Part shown: positions 1 to 7,919 of the stretch, piece by piece | Numbering within the stretch: the stretch's first letter is position 1 | Layout: each line of letters starts with the position of its first letter | Source: Candidatus Saccharimonadota bacterium | GTDB taxonomy: Archaea; Micrarchaeota; Micrarchaeia; Micrarchaeales; Micrarchaeaceae | Direction: 5' to 3' | DNA length: 32,000 bases | Assembly: GCA_963705375.1 (NCBI GenBank) | Contig: OY970071.1 | Coordinates: forward strand, 1,080,001-1,112,000 | Position numbers and translations under genes: made by a program | Notes under the pieces: model-generated | Seen by the model: only the letters and a program-made list of their open reading frames with translations | Databases searched by the model: none | Told to the model about the DNA's origin: nothing

Positions 1-81
1 TTGTTACAAGCCGAACACCAGACTTGTTCGACATAACCTGTCTTGCACGTAGGCTTCGCTGCGTGTGCTCTATCTTGCATA

Positions 82-378
82 TTACCCCTCGCTTGTCTGG
101 GACGGCAGTTTCTCTGTCGCTTCGCAGAGCTTCCGCTTGCGCTCCATAATGTACGGCTTCCACTTGTCGATTAAGTCCTTGCTCCGCACAAGCAAAATGG
201 CGCCGTTGTCCCTGTCTATGACTGCAATAAAAACTTCATCTCCGTTCAGGCCGAGTTTCTGTTTAATGCATTTGTGCAGGCGAATGTCTACCCCTGCGGT
301 GTGCATGGGGTACGCTCTGACGACGTCGACGTCGTCTTCATAATCCTTAAGTAGCCCGTCGGTGTTAGTGTTTTTCAT
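82..378 (-). CDS. Small DNA-binding protein with an AbrB/SpoVT-like domain (98 aa)
   Basis: ORF track, ATG at 378. The segment GVDIRLHKCIKQKLGLNGDEVFIAVIDRDNGAILLV fits the AbrB/SpoVT swapped-hairpin pattern (G..I.lPk.ir..LGL..GDev.i.v...g.IlL). It is tightly packed behind the RHH gene on the same strand. Confidence 0.45.
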   Translation of the reverse strand: MKNTNTDGLLKDYEDDVDVVRAYPMHTAGVDIRLHKCIKQKLGLNGDEVFIAVIDRDNGAILLVRSKDLIDKWKPYIMERKRKLCEATEKLPSQTSEG

Positions 379-482
379 ATAAATCCCTGTGCTCCGATTG
401 AGACTTCGTCGTTTCCTTCGGAGATTCTTTTCCTTCTTGCTGTGCTGCCCAGAGCAAAACTTTCTCGATTAGCTCTCGTTTA

Positions 483-623
483 TCACGCATGGGTACTCGC
501 CTCTCTGTACTTCTGAAGCGCCTTGCGGATTACGAAGCTCATAGACAGCCCCTCGCACTTCTGCTTGCGTAGGAAGAGTTTGTCGTCGTCTGTGAGGCTT
601 ATCATAATTCTGTTTGCTGCCAT
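483..623 (-). CDS. Ribbon-helix-helix (CopG/Arc/MetJ-like) protein, 46 aa, absent from the ORF track because it is under 60 aa
   Basis: Hand translation of the minus strand from ATG (623-621) to TGA (485-483) gives MAANRIMISLTDDDKLFLRKQKCEGLSMSFVIRKALQKYREASTHA. This reads as a beta-strand (RIMISL) followed by two helices, the typical RHH layout. A TATA-like AT tract lies about 25 nt upstream. Confidence 0.55.
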   Translation of the reverse strand: MAANRIMISLTDDDKLFLRKQKCEGLSMSFVIRKALQKYREASTHA

Positions 624-636
624 GTGATGCAAATCG

Positions 637-652
637 ATATAAATATTATTAT
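637..652. promoter_or_regulatory. Back-to-back TATA-like boxes of a divergent promoter (ATATAAATATTATTAT)
   Basis: The AT-only tract is centred about 27 nt upstream of ATG 668 (plus) and about 25 nt upstream of ATG 623 (minus). That spacing is what archaeal leaderless transcripts would need in both directions. Confidence 0.35.
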
Positions 653-667
653 CAAACTATGTGAAAT

Positions 668-1162
668 ATGCAAACGAGCAGTAAACATCTGCATAAACTT
701 TCAGGAGATAATGACGCTACACCGACGATATCGCCGCGCAGACGAAATTACAATAAGAAATATCATAAGAGATATCGGGCAAGACACAGAGTCAGGCTAT
801 CGAAATATGTGCTCGAACAGATCGGTATCATGACTTCCCTTGCGAAATTCAGCGAGGAGAACGCCCTGAGCGACGAAGAGATAGATAAAAAATTGATGCT
901 GAAGGGTCTGCCCTTAGTTCATAGCTATAACAATCTGAAGAAGCTGGGCGTGCTTAACCCTGTTCTATTAACGAGCCGCGTAGGGAGGAGATACATGCCA
1001 AAATTGCAACGGGTAGGCGTTAAACGAACAATAACCGAATCTATGATTGTGCGTCCAATCATAGAAAGGGAAGCAGCGAAAATGATACAGGAGGGCAACC
1101 TCAACCCCTCTAATGCAGAATTAAGGGCAAGACTAAAGAAAGCGTTCACACCTCATGCATGA
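668..1162 (+). CDS. Hypothetical protein of the integrated element (164 aa; alternative start ATG 830 gives 110 aa)
   Basis: ORF track. The N-terminal 45 aa are very basic (RRRNYNKKYHKRYRARHRVR). ATG 668 sits at leaderless distance from the TATA tract. No recognisable family. The stop is 1 nt from the convergent integrase stop. Confidence 0.5.
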   Translation: MQTSSKHLHKLSGDNDATPTISPRRRNYNKKYHKRYRARHRVRLSKYVLEQIGIMTSLAKFSEENALSDEEIDKKLMLKGLPLVHSYNNLKKLGVLNPVLLTSRVGRRYMPKLQRVGVKRTITESMIVRPIIEREAAKMIQEGNLNPSNAELRARLKKAFTPHA

Positions 1163-1163
1163 A

Positions 1164-2435
1164 TTATGACTTTATGCTATCAATCTCTTGCTTTGTCTTG
1201 CCGTCTATGTGCTGATAGAGTCGGTCTATCGCGTCTTCGAGCCTCTGCATACGCGCTTTTACTTCGTCGTAGTCGTTTAGCTGCGTAGCGACGTCGACAG
1301 TATCGAGATTAGTGCCGCACTTTACGCAGAAGCACTTGTCTATTGCGTAAATCTCGCCGCATTTCCTGCACGTCTTGTTCTGCTGCACGGGCTTCGGCTT
1401 TTCTTCTTTTATGCCAGTCATGCGTATCATTTCCTTATCTACGGCCTCGTTGCTCATCTTAACGTATGTCTCGACTTCCTTGCTGCCTGCCGTCCAGCCC
1501 ATCAACTTCCGCAGTACGCTCTCGTTTGTCTGTCCTGCGTACAGCGTCCCTGCTGTGAACCTGAACAGGTGCGGGTGTATGCGTTTCTGTATGCCCGTTC
1601 TCTCCTTCAAGTCCCTGAGCAGCTTATAGACGTTGAACGAATCGAGCATATTACCTGTTGCTGTTGTGAACAACGGAGCTTCGGGATCGCTGGGCCTGTA
1701 CGTGTTCATGTAGTCTATCAAATAGAGATAAACGAGGCTGTTCCGCGTGAACGGGAATTGACGCATACCTGTCTTGCCGTTCAGCACCACATAATGCACG
1801 TCCTTATCTGTCATCACCACATCCTTATAGCGCAGCGCGAGCAGTTCGCCTATCCTGCACCCGAAGTTCGCGAGCAGCGCGATTATGCACTTATCCCTGC
1901 TGCTCATGCAGGCCCTAAGCAGCGCTTCGATCTCCTTCTCTGTGAGCAGGTCTGAGGGCTGCTTCTCGTTCTTTGGGTGTTCTATCTTAATCCATTTAAC
2001 TATGGCGGGCGCTTCTATGTCTTTCGAGTCTTCTTTCGGATTAGAGAAGTACTTGTACAGCATTTTCAGGGTACGCTTCAGTTTTCCCCTGCTTGTTGCA
2101 GCAACAAGCACGTTTTTTTGTTGCTTCCTGTTGTAATAGGTCAGCTTGTTGATGCGAAGCACAAGGTCTTCTATGTCTGCTCTTGTCGCTGTCTTCGCGT
2201 CCTTGTCTAACATGAGCAATAGCTGCCGCGCTTCTGAGAGCCTGCGATATAGCGTCTTAGGCTTCCTGTTGTACAGTTCGAGCCACTTTAAGAATCCGAG
2301 TGCATAATCTAAGTTCGGTTTTTGCAGCGTCTTCTCAGTTATGGCTATCTGCTGTTCGAGTAGCAGCGGCCACTTGTTCAGATAGTGCCGGGCAGGCATA
2401 GCTACGTTGGAGCTATCCTTATTCGCGTCTGGCAT
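1164..2435 (-). CDS. Tyrosine recombinase / integrase (XerC/D-phage integrase superfamily) with a C-terminal zinc ribbon
   Basis: Catalytic signature present: GCRIGELLALRYKDV (Arg), HPHLFRFTAGT (H-x-x-R), LMGWTAGSKEVETYV (Trp/His plus Tyr). An N-terminal core-binding-like domain is present (YRRLSEARQLLLML...ATRADIEDLV). Zinc ribbon CRKCGEIYAIDKCFCVKCG at 1314-1370. The ORF-track start (TTG 2540) lies inside the tRNA, so ATG 2435 (or 2399) is preferred. Confidence 0.85.
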   Translation of the reverse strand: MPDANKDSSNVAMPARHYLNKWPLLLEQQIAITEKTLQKPNLDYALGFLKWLELYNRKPKTLYRRLSEARQLLLMLDKDAKTATRADIEDLVLRINKLTYYNRKQQKNVLVAATSRGKLKRTLKMLYKYFSNPKEDSKDIEAPAIVKWIKIEHPKNEKQPSDLLTEKEIEALLRACMSSRDKCIIALLANFGCRIGELLALRYKDVVMTDKDVHYVVLNGKTGMRQFPFTRNSLVYLYLIDYMNTYRPSDPEAPLFTTATGNMLDSFNVYKLLRDLKERTGIQKRIHPHLFRFTAGTLYAGQTNESVLRKLMGWTAGSKEVETYVKMSNEAVDKEMIRMTGIKEEKPKPVQQNKTCRKCGEIYAIDKCFCVKCGTNLDTVDVATQLNDYDEVKARMQRLEDAIDRLYQHIDGKTKQEIDSIKS

Positions 2436-2499
2436 AGCTCTGTCTGGCTTTTGCGGACTATTTATGTATTTTGAAGATACGTTATACTTAGTACCCCTT

Positions 2500-2573
2500 C
2501 GCCCTTGCCGGGATTTGAACCCGGATCTCAAGCTCCGCAAGCTCGCGTTCTATCCAAGCTATACTACAAGGGC
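2500..2573 (-). tRNA. tRNA-Arg, anticodon GCG
   Basis: Hand-folded from the reverse complement. Acceptor GCCCTTG/CAAGGGC (7 bp). Anticodon arm CGAGC-TTGCGGA-GCTTG with U33 and G37. T arm CCGGG-TTCAAAT-CCCGG. D loop has A14, G18G19 and A21, and the D stem has one A-A mismatch. Discriminator G, no encoded CCA, 4-nt variable loop. Confidence 0.8.
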
Positions 2574-2650
2574 ACGTTCTGTTGCTTTATGTGTTAAGCT
2601 ATCTCCACAAAAACAGTTAATAATTTGCGTTTTGTGAGTAATTCGATTAC

Positions 2651-3694
2651 GTGGCATACCATACATATCTTACGCTGCTGGTCCCTGCGATCATATCATT
2701 CGCGATAACGATGATTACGACGCTGTTCCTCATGCCTTACCTGAAAGGCGCAGGCGTGACTGCGACAGACCACAACAAGAAGGACAAGCGTGTGCTTCCC
2801 GGAAGCTGCGGGCTTGCTGTCGCATTAGGATTTGCTGTTGGCATACTGACATACGCGTTTGGCGCGAGCTTTTCGCTGTACCAACCAGTGGCTGCGCTTC
2901 AGTACCTGTTCGCAACGGTCATAGCGGTGACTCTAATATCCTTTACGGGCTTTATTGACGACATAAACGTCAAGGCGAAGCCGGTGAAGTCCACAGACAT
3001 GATGGACACTCGGCAGGGCATGAAGCAATGGCAGAAGCCGCTGCTCACTCTGATAGGCGCGATTCCGCTGATGGCGGTAAACGCCGGAATATCGATCGTG
3101 CACATACCTCTTGTTGGTCTAGTAAATTTCGGCATATTCTATCCATTGCTAATAATCCCGCTTGCCGTTGTGTTCACATCAAACGCGTTCAACCTTCTCG
3201 GCGGCTTTGACGGCATCGCAACAGGTACAGGGTTAATAGCCTGCGCCTGCCTTTTGCTTTACAGTGTTTTCTTCGGCACGTACACGGGTGCGCTAGTTTC
3301 TGGCGTTCTGTTCGCGTCGCTTCTCGCGTTTGCACTGTTCAACATATATCCTGCAAAGCTCATACCCGGCGATAGCTTCACATATGCTGTCGGGACCGCG
3401 CTTGTAGCTTCTATGATAATAGGCAACATGGAGTCGTTTGGCTTCGTAGTGTTCTTCCCGTGGATTGTCGAGTTCTTCCTGCATGCGCGTAGAGGATTCA
3501 AAGTGACTGACCTAGGAAAGCGGCGCAGTGATGGGACCTTTGAGGCACCTTATGGCACTAAGATATACAGTTGGACTCACGCAATAATGAACATAAGGCC
3601 TATGAAAGAGTGGGAAGTCTCATTGTGCATGTTCGGCGTAGAAGCCGCGTTCGTAGTCCTTGCGTTCGCAATGAAGTTTTTCGCCCTTCTTTAA
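2651..3694 (+). CDS. Glycosyltransferase family 4 polyprenyl-phosphate sugar-1-phosphate transferase (MraY/WecA/AglH type)
   Basis: 347 aa polytopic membrane protein with the family hallmarks GFIDDIN and NAFNLLGGFDGIATG. GTG start at 2651. The sugar substrate is not inferable. Confidence 0.85.
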   Translation: MAYHTYLTLLVPAIISFAITMITTLFLMPYLKGAGVTATDHNKKDKRVLPGSCGLAVALGFAVGILTYAFGASFSLYQPVAALQYLFATVIAVTLISFTGFIDDINVKAKPVKSTDMMDTRQGMKQWQKPLLTLIGAIPLMAVNAGISIVHIPLVGLVNFGIFYPLLIIPLAVVFTSNAFNLLGGFDGIATGTGLIACACLLLYSVFFGTYTGALVSGVLFASLLAFALFNIYPAKLIPGDSFTYAVGTALVASMIIGNMESFGFVVFFPWIVEFFLHARRGFKVTDLGKRRSDGTFEAPYGTKIYSWTHAIMNIRPMKEWEVSLCMFGVEAAFVVLAFAMKFFALL

Positions 3695-4038
3695 GGTGCG
3701 CTGCTCGCGCGTACCGCCGTAATCTTCTGAGCCAATGCACGCCCTTTGTTGCTTTGCTTGCTGCTTATGTATCGCGGCACTCTGCCTGACCCGCCTTTGG
3801 CGCTTTTTATGCTGTTTCTGTGAAGCATCACTATGTCCGAGCGCTTGATGAGCCTCTTCCTGCCTGCGTAGTTGGCATAGACCGAGGCCTCTGCCACGAG
3901 CTCCTTTACCGTGTCCTCGAGCTCTTTCTCAAGGCTGATCACCGCTCTTTCATTGACCTTCTCGGCGCCAGCCTCGCGCAAGAACTGCTCTATGTCATAA
4001 AGGCTAAATTCACGATTTCCCACTGAATAACCCCACAA
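3691..4038 (-). CDS. Archaeal histone (HMf family fold) with a 43-aa basic C-terminal tail
   Basis: FSLYDIEQFLREAGAEKVNERAVISLEKELEDTVKELVAEASVYANYAGRKRLIKRSDIVML aligns position by position with the HMfB fold (..AGAERVS..A...L...LEE....I...A...A.HAGRKTIK..DI.LA). The start is ambiguous: TTG 4038, or GTG 4023 preceded by GGGG. The tail is encoded by 3694-3822. Confidence 0.8.
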   Translation of the reverse strand: MWGYSVGNREFSLYDIEQFLREAGAEKVNERAVISLEKELEDTVKELVAEASVYANYAGRKRLIKRSDIVMLHRNSIKSAKGGSGRVPRYISSKQSNKGRALAQKITAVRASSAP

Positions 4039-4062
4039 GGAAAGGGATATGGATAGTATGGC

Positions 4063-4070
4063 TTTTAAAA
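4063..4070. promoter_or_regulatory. Palindromic TATA-like box TTTTAAAA between the divergent histone and nfo genes
   Basis: It is the only AT-rich box in the 64-bp divergent intergenic region. It lies 25-32 nt from histone TTG 4038 and 33-40 nt from nfo ATG 4103. Confidence 0.3.
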
Positions 4071-4102
4071 TGCATTGTTTTTGACATATTAGTGGAAGTT
4101 AC

Positions 4103-4960
4103 ATGGTTTCTATGATACGACTTGGGTTCCATACCAGCATAGCCGGCTCTGTTGTGAACGCGCCGAAGATAGCCGCAATGAAGGGCTACAACTGTTTCCA
4201 GATGTTCACATCCAATTCAAGGTCATGGGTGCACAAGACGGTCGGAAAGGCAGAATGCGACGAGTTCACCGGGTTCGTCAAGGACAACGATCTCGAGGCA
4301 TTTGCGCACATGCCGTACATATGCAATCTATCCTCATACAAGCAGGAGGTCTATGCCAAGAGCATACAGTCGCTTGTGGCAAACATAAACGAATGTGAAG
4401 CGTTAGGGGTCGATTACCTTGTGGCACATGCGGGCTCTCATCTTGGGAAAGGTGCTGAGTTTGGGATGGGGCGGATCTGCGAAGCGCTAGGCAAGGCTCT
4501 TCAGGAAACTGACCGCGTCACAGTTCTGTTGGAGAATTCATCAGGGTACCAGAACAGCATGTGCTCCCTCGTTGGAGACATCGGCCGAGTCATAGATGCT
4601 GTAGGTGTTGATAGGCTTGGCGTGTGCTTTGACACGTGCCACGCATTTGCTGCTGGATATGACTTAAGGAGCAAAGCCGGAATAGAGCATCTCATTGAAG
4701 ACTTCGATTCCCAGATAGGCGTCAAACGATTAAAACTCGTGCACCTCAATGACTCAAAATTCCAATTGGGCAGCGGCCTGGATAGGCACTGGCACATAGG
4801 AAAAGGGTTCATCGGCGCTCAAGGGTTCTTGAATCTTTTCAAAAGCAAGCTCTTCGGAAGAGGTCCTTTTGTGATGGAAACTCCGGTATCTCGCGATGGT
4901 GACGATACCAGGAACTACCTGGAAGCAAAGCGCCTGCTTGCCGCCTCTGGAGTGCTGTGA
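4103..4960 (+). CDS. nfo: Endonuclease IV (AP endonuclease family 2, TIM barrel)
   Basis: 285 aa with metal-ligand motifs in canonical order: HAGSH, LLENSSG, CFDTCHAFAAGYD, VHLNDSK...GSGLDRHWHIGKGFIG. Confidence 0.9.
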   Translation: MVSMIRLGFHTSIAGSVVNAPKIAAMKGYNCFQMFTSNSRSWVHKTVGKAECDEFTGFVKDNDLEAFAHMPYICNLSSYKQEVYAKSIQSLVANINECEALGVDYLVAHAGSHLGKGAEFGMGRICEALGKALQETDRVTVLLENSSGYQNSMCSLVGDIGRVIDAVGVDRLGVCFDTCHAFAAGYDLRSKAGIEHLIEDFDSQIGVKRLKLVHLNDSKFQLGSGLDRHWHIGKGFIGAQGFLNLFKSKLFGRGPFVMETPVSRDGDDTRNYLEAKRLLAASGVL

Positions 4961-5029
4961 TGCTTCATACTTGTCTCACGAAGCCAGACTCAGTATCCTT
5001 TGGCTCATATTCAGCGTCTCTGTACTTGC

Positions 5030-6853
5030 CTACTTGGCCAGCACATTACTTTCCTCCACACCATATATGTAGTCATTGCTCAACACGAACACACGCAGTT
5101 CTGTTGTGGTATTAACAACGGAAAGGCTGTATGGTAGCGGATACTTCGTGTAGGCGTTCGCGGAAGCGTTCTTATATCCTACCGGAACGTCTTCCCATTC
5201 ATTCGGGCTTCTGCTTATCACATAAAATAAGACTGCTTCTGATTTGTTTGCGTTGTTTGACACATTGACTATTATGTACGGAAGCGTAGCAATGCCGGTT
5301 TTCTTATTCACATTTACCGGAACGTACACGTGCACTATCTGCAATATTTTCGAACTTATGTAGGTGCTGTGCGCATATGCTAGAACTATGGCTGCTAGTA
5401 CAACAGTCAGGACCAACACATATGCCATTTGTCTTTTGTTGGGCAGCAGATCTTTCAGGCTTCCTCTCTCTGAATAATAAACTGCAATGATTAGGGGTAT
5501 GAATGCAGAAAAATAACCGGTGTTCCTCCACGATAGGGCGAAGATCGTTGAGGGTACGGCTGCAAGCATCAGCTTCAAGGATCTGGTGTAAAGATAGAAG
5601 AGCAAGATGGCAGAGACAAATACTATCATCATGACTAGCGTCAGCGCCCAATATGTGACCGGAAAGAATGTAACCAAGAGCTCCATCAGCGCCGGTCCGC
5701 TGAACTGAAGTTTGATCAAGAATAAGGAGAGCATGTTGCTTATCGTCTTCTGCGGCGAGAGGAATATGAAATAGCCGTTTGCGATAAGGAATACGCCTGC
5801 TGTCGCAAGCAGGGATTTTGCCGCAGCCCGTTTGCCTGATTCCCGGAGCGTCAGCACGTAGAAAAATGGGATTGCAAACCACGAGATCTGGTGCGTGCTG
5901 GCAGCAAGCCCCAAAAATATGCCTGACCGCAGAACTCTTGCCTTGTAGATGTATGCCAAGACAAGGAAAAGCGAAGCAGCGATGTACTTGTCTAACGATG
6001 CGTTCGTGATATAGAATGAAGCAAAGAACCAGGCAGAGATCGGCAGCATGGCGTACGCATTCCACTTGGTGCTCTTAAAGAGCAGGAAGGAGACGAATAT
6101 GACCAGTATCATGTCCGCAAGCATAAAATTATAGGGATAGGTTCCAAAGCTCGCGATGCTGGGCAGCACGAAACTCAAAGCAGGGTAGTCATAGGTGCAT
6201 TCGCAAGTGCCGTTCAGCTCAAGCGGGGGATTCAATCCGAATGCATTCAAAATGGGCATCATTGACGTGTTATAATTTGACGTGTTATATGGATTGACGC
6301 CCTTGACGAACAATCTTGACGCATAATAATCGAATGCAAACTCGTCGGTGCCCATCCAACTTTTTGTTCGTGCAATATATGCCTGCGCCAGATAAAGCAA
6401 AACGGAAAGAGTGAGAAGAAGCACAATCACGAGCGCATATCTCCAATACCTATTCCGGCTTTTTGCGACTTTCTCTGCCTGGCTCCTATATGCGATGGAA
6501 ATCAGATACAGTCCTGCAACGAAGGCCAGCGTGGCCATGACTGCGATAGCTGCATTATAGAACTCACCTGACGAAAGAGCAACATATTCAAGGTCATAAC
6601 TCGCTTCGTAGGACACCAGCACTATCGACACTAAGAAGAGAAGCGCAAAGATGGCCAAGCTCGTTCTGTTCCATTTTGATCCTGCATTGGACTCGTAGTG
6701 ATAGGACAGCAGCATCGTCACAAATCCTAACACCATGATCAAGAATATGCTCAGCATCGCAGCAAACGAGAAATACTGCTGGTTTGTGTACAAGAAGGAC
6801 GAAAGCAGCAGGCCGGCTATGCCCATCAATAAGAAAACCGAGAGCTTTCGCAT
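5030..6853 (-). CDS. Polytopic membrane protein, putative GT-C-fold glycosyltransferase (PMT/ArnT/DUF2029-like) with a C-terminal soluble domain
   Basis: 607 aa with about 14 hydrophobic spans. An acidic loop motif GTDEFAFDYYASRL follows an early TM bundle, as in GT-C enzymes. The C-terminal ~110 aa is non-membrane and carries sequons. No WWDYG motif, so not AglB. Confidence 0.5.
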   Translation of the reverse strand: MRKLSVFLLMGIAGLLLSSFLYTNQQYFSFAAMLSIFLIMVLGFVTMLLSYHYESNAGSKWNRTSLAIFALLFLVSIVLVSYEASYDLEYVALSSGEFYNAAIAVMATLAFVAGLYLISIAYRSQAEKVAKSRNRYWRYALVIVLLLTLSVLLYLAQAYIARTKSWMGTDEFAFDYYASRLFVKGVNPYNTSNYNTSMMPILNAFGLNPPLELNGTCECTYDYPALSFVLPSIASFGTYPYNFMLADMILVIFVSFLLFKSTKWNAYAMLPISAWFFASFYITNASLDKYIAASLFLVLAYIYKARVLRSGIFLGLAASTHQISWFAIPFFYVLTLRESGKRAAAKSLLATAGVFLIANGYFIFLSPQKTISNMLSLFLIKLQFSGPALMELLVTFFPVTYWALTLVMMIVFVSAILLFYLYTRSLKLMLAAVPSTIFALSWRNTGYFSAFIPLIIAVYYSERGSLKDLLPNKRQMAYVLVLTVVLAAIVLAYAHSTYISSKILQIVHVYVPVNVNKKTGIATLPYIIVNVSNNANKSEAVLFYVISRSPNEWEDVPVGYKNASANAYTKYPLPYSLSVVNTTTELRVFVLSNDYIYGVEESNVLAK

Positions 6854-6947
6854 ATGGCCTTTGAAGAATAAAAACTTAAAATACCTTAGTAGGTCTTCAT
6901 GAAGCCATTATGTTGGGGTAATTACGGCCTCTTCAATTTGTGCATGG

Positions 6948-7919
6948 CTAAAGTCTCAGGGCTATGCCCAGCATCGCAAGCGCAATCCCAGAGCGCAGGT
7001 TGTCGTCCAATGGCGTTTTTACGCTCTCTATCAATGCCAGTGCTGCTGCGAGCGGCACCGAGTACCAGCCGATGAGTGGTAGCCCCATTATTGCTAGCAC
7101 GAGAAAGAACGCTAATGTGCCTTCCAGGGTCTTGCCGGTGTTGTGCGGCATGCGTAGCCTGCCGAAATGTATCCCTATTATTGTTGCTACCGAGTCTGCG
7201 AAGAACAGCGCAGCAATGCCGAAAAGCATCAGTGCCTTGCTTCCTACGAATCCGATCACGAGCATGGTGCCTACTGCAAGGTAGACTGCACCTATGCCGT
7301 ATGTGGTGTCGCTGCGCTCCAGCACCGCCAAGGCTTTCTCATAGATGCTTCCTATGCCTCTGTCCGCAAACAGATTGTTGGCTGCATAGCCTGCAACTGT
7401 CAGGGCGAACACAGCATATATCGCATACGGTATCTTGACCAGGAAGATTAGCGCAAATACAACAACTCCAAGGCCGATCTGCACAACGTCACGATTCGTT
7501 TCGACACGCTTCTTTTTCCTTGCGTTATGGCTTGGATTGACGAAATCACGGTACAGCAGGCCCGATACCGAGCCTATGCCAAACACTCCCACAAGCGCAG
7601 TGTCTCCGTAGTAGTATATGCACGCTATGGTGCTGACAGCAAGGAAGAAGAGCAGCGCCATGAACGTGCGCGGCCTGGATATGTAGCACATGGCTATGAG
7701 GCATGCCAGTGTGGCTGTGCCGATTGCGAACAACGCCAGGGTTCCATTTTGGCCTATGAGCAGCGCAGTCACAGTTGCAGCTATAATACTTGACGCTATT
7801 GTGAGCGCGTACAGCTCTTTTACTTTCGCCTTAGTGCCCATCAGCAGTACGACGCAAAGGGCCAGCACAGCAAACGCAAGAGCAAGCATATCATTCACTT
7901 TATCAATAGTATGGCCCAT
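6948..7919 (-). CDS. Polyprenol (dolichol) kinase family protein (CTP-dependent; Sec59/VTE5/CTP_transf_1-like)
   Basis: 323 aa membrane protein. FFADSVATIIGIHFGRLRMPHNTGKTLEGTLAFF matches the family pattern GD..A...G...G.........KS.EGS..F, and the downstream ESVKTPLDDN matches E.....DDN. It overlaps the upstream gene by 25 nt. Confidence 0.7.
   Translation of the reverse strand: MGHTIDKVNDMLALAFAVLALCVVLLMGTKAKVKELYALTIASSIIAATVTALLIGQNGTLALFAIGTATLACLIAMCYISRPRTFMALLFFLAVSTIACIYYYGDTALVGVFGIGSVSGLLYRDFVNPSHNARKKKRVETNRDVVQIGLGVVVFALIFLVKIPYAIYAVFALTVAGYAANNLFADRGIGSIYEKALAVLERSDTTYGIGAVYLAVGTMLVIGFVGSKALMLFGIAALFFADSVATIIGIHFGRLRMPHNTGKTLEGTLAFFLVLAIMGLPLIGWYSVPLAAALALIESVKTPLDDNLRSGIALAMLGIALRL

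Larger units (their letters stand above)
1..2499. mobile_element. Proximal part of a putative integrated element (provirus or plasmid) inserted at the 3' end of tRNA-Arg; the far boundary lies outside the window
   Basis: A tyrosine-recombinase gene lies directly downstream of, and co-oriented with, the tRNA 3' end (2500). The cargo is small RHH and AbrB-like DNA-binding genes plus an orphan, as in archaeal viruses and plasmids. No second att copy is visible inside the window. Confidence 0.5.

Noticed and set aside
1-34. Possible start of another minus-strand gene (ATG at 34, MSNKSGVRLVT...) running off the window
   Set aside because: Only 11 codons are visible, which is too short to evaluate.
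5304-6065. 253-aa minus-strand ORF inside the GT-C-like gene
   Set aside because: It is on the same strand but out of frame with a 607-aa ORF that has a consistent multi-TM pattern. The alternative frame is Arg/Cys/His-rich and implausible as a protein.
5030-6853. Possibility that the 607-aa polytopic protein is the oligosaccharyltransferase AglB
   Set aside because: There is no WWDYG motif or recognisable DK/MI motif, and the C-terminal soluble domain (~110 aa) is far too small for AglB. I kept it as a generic GT-C-like glycosyltransferase.
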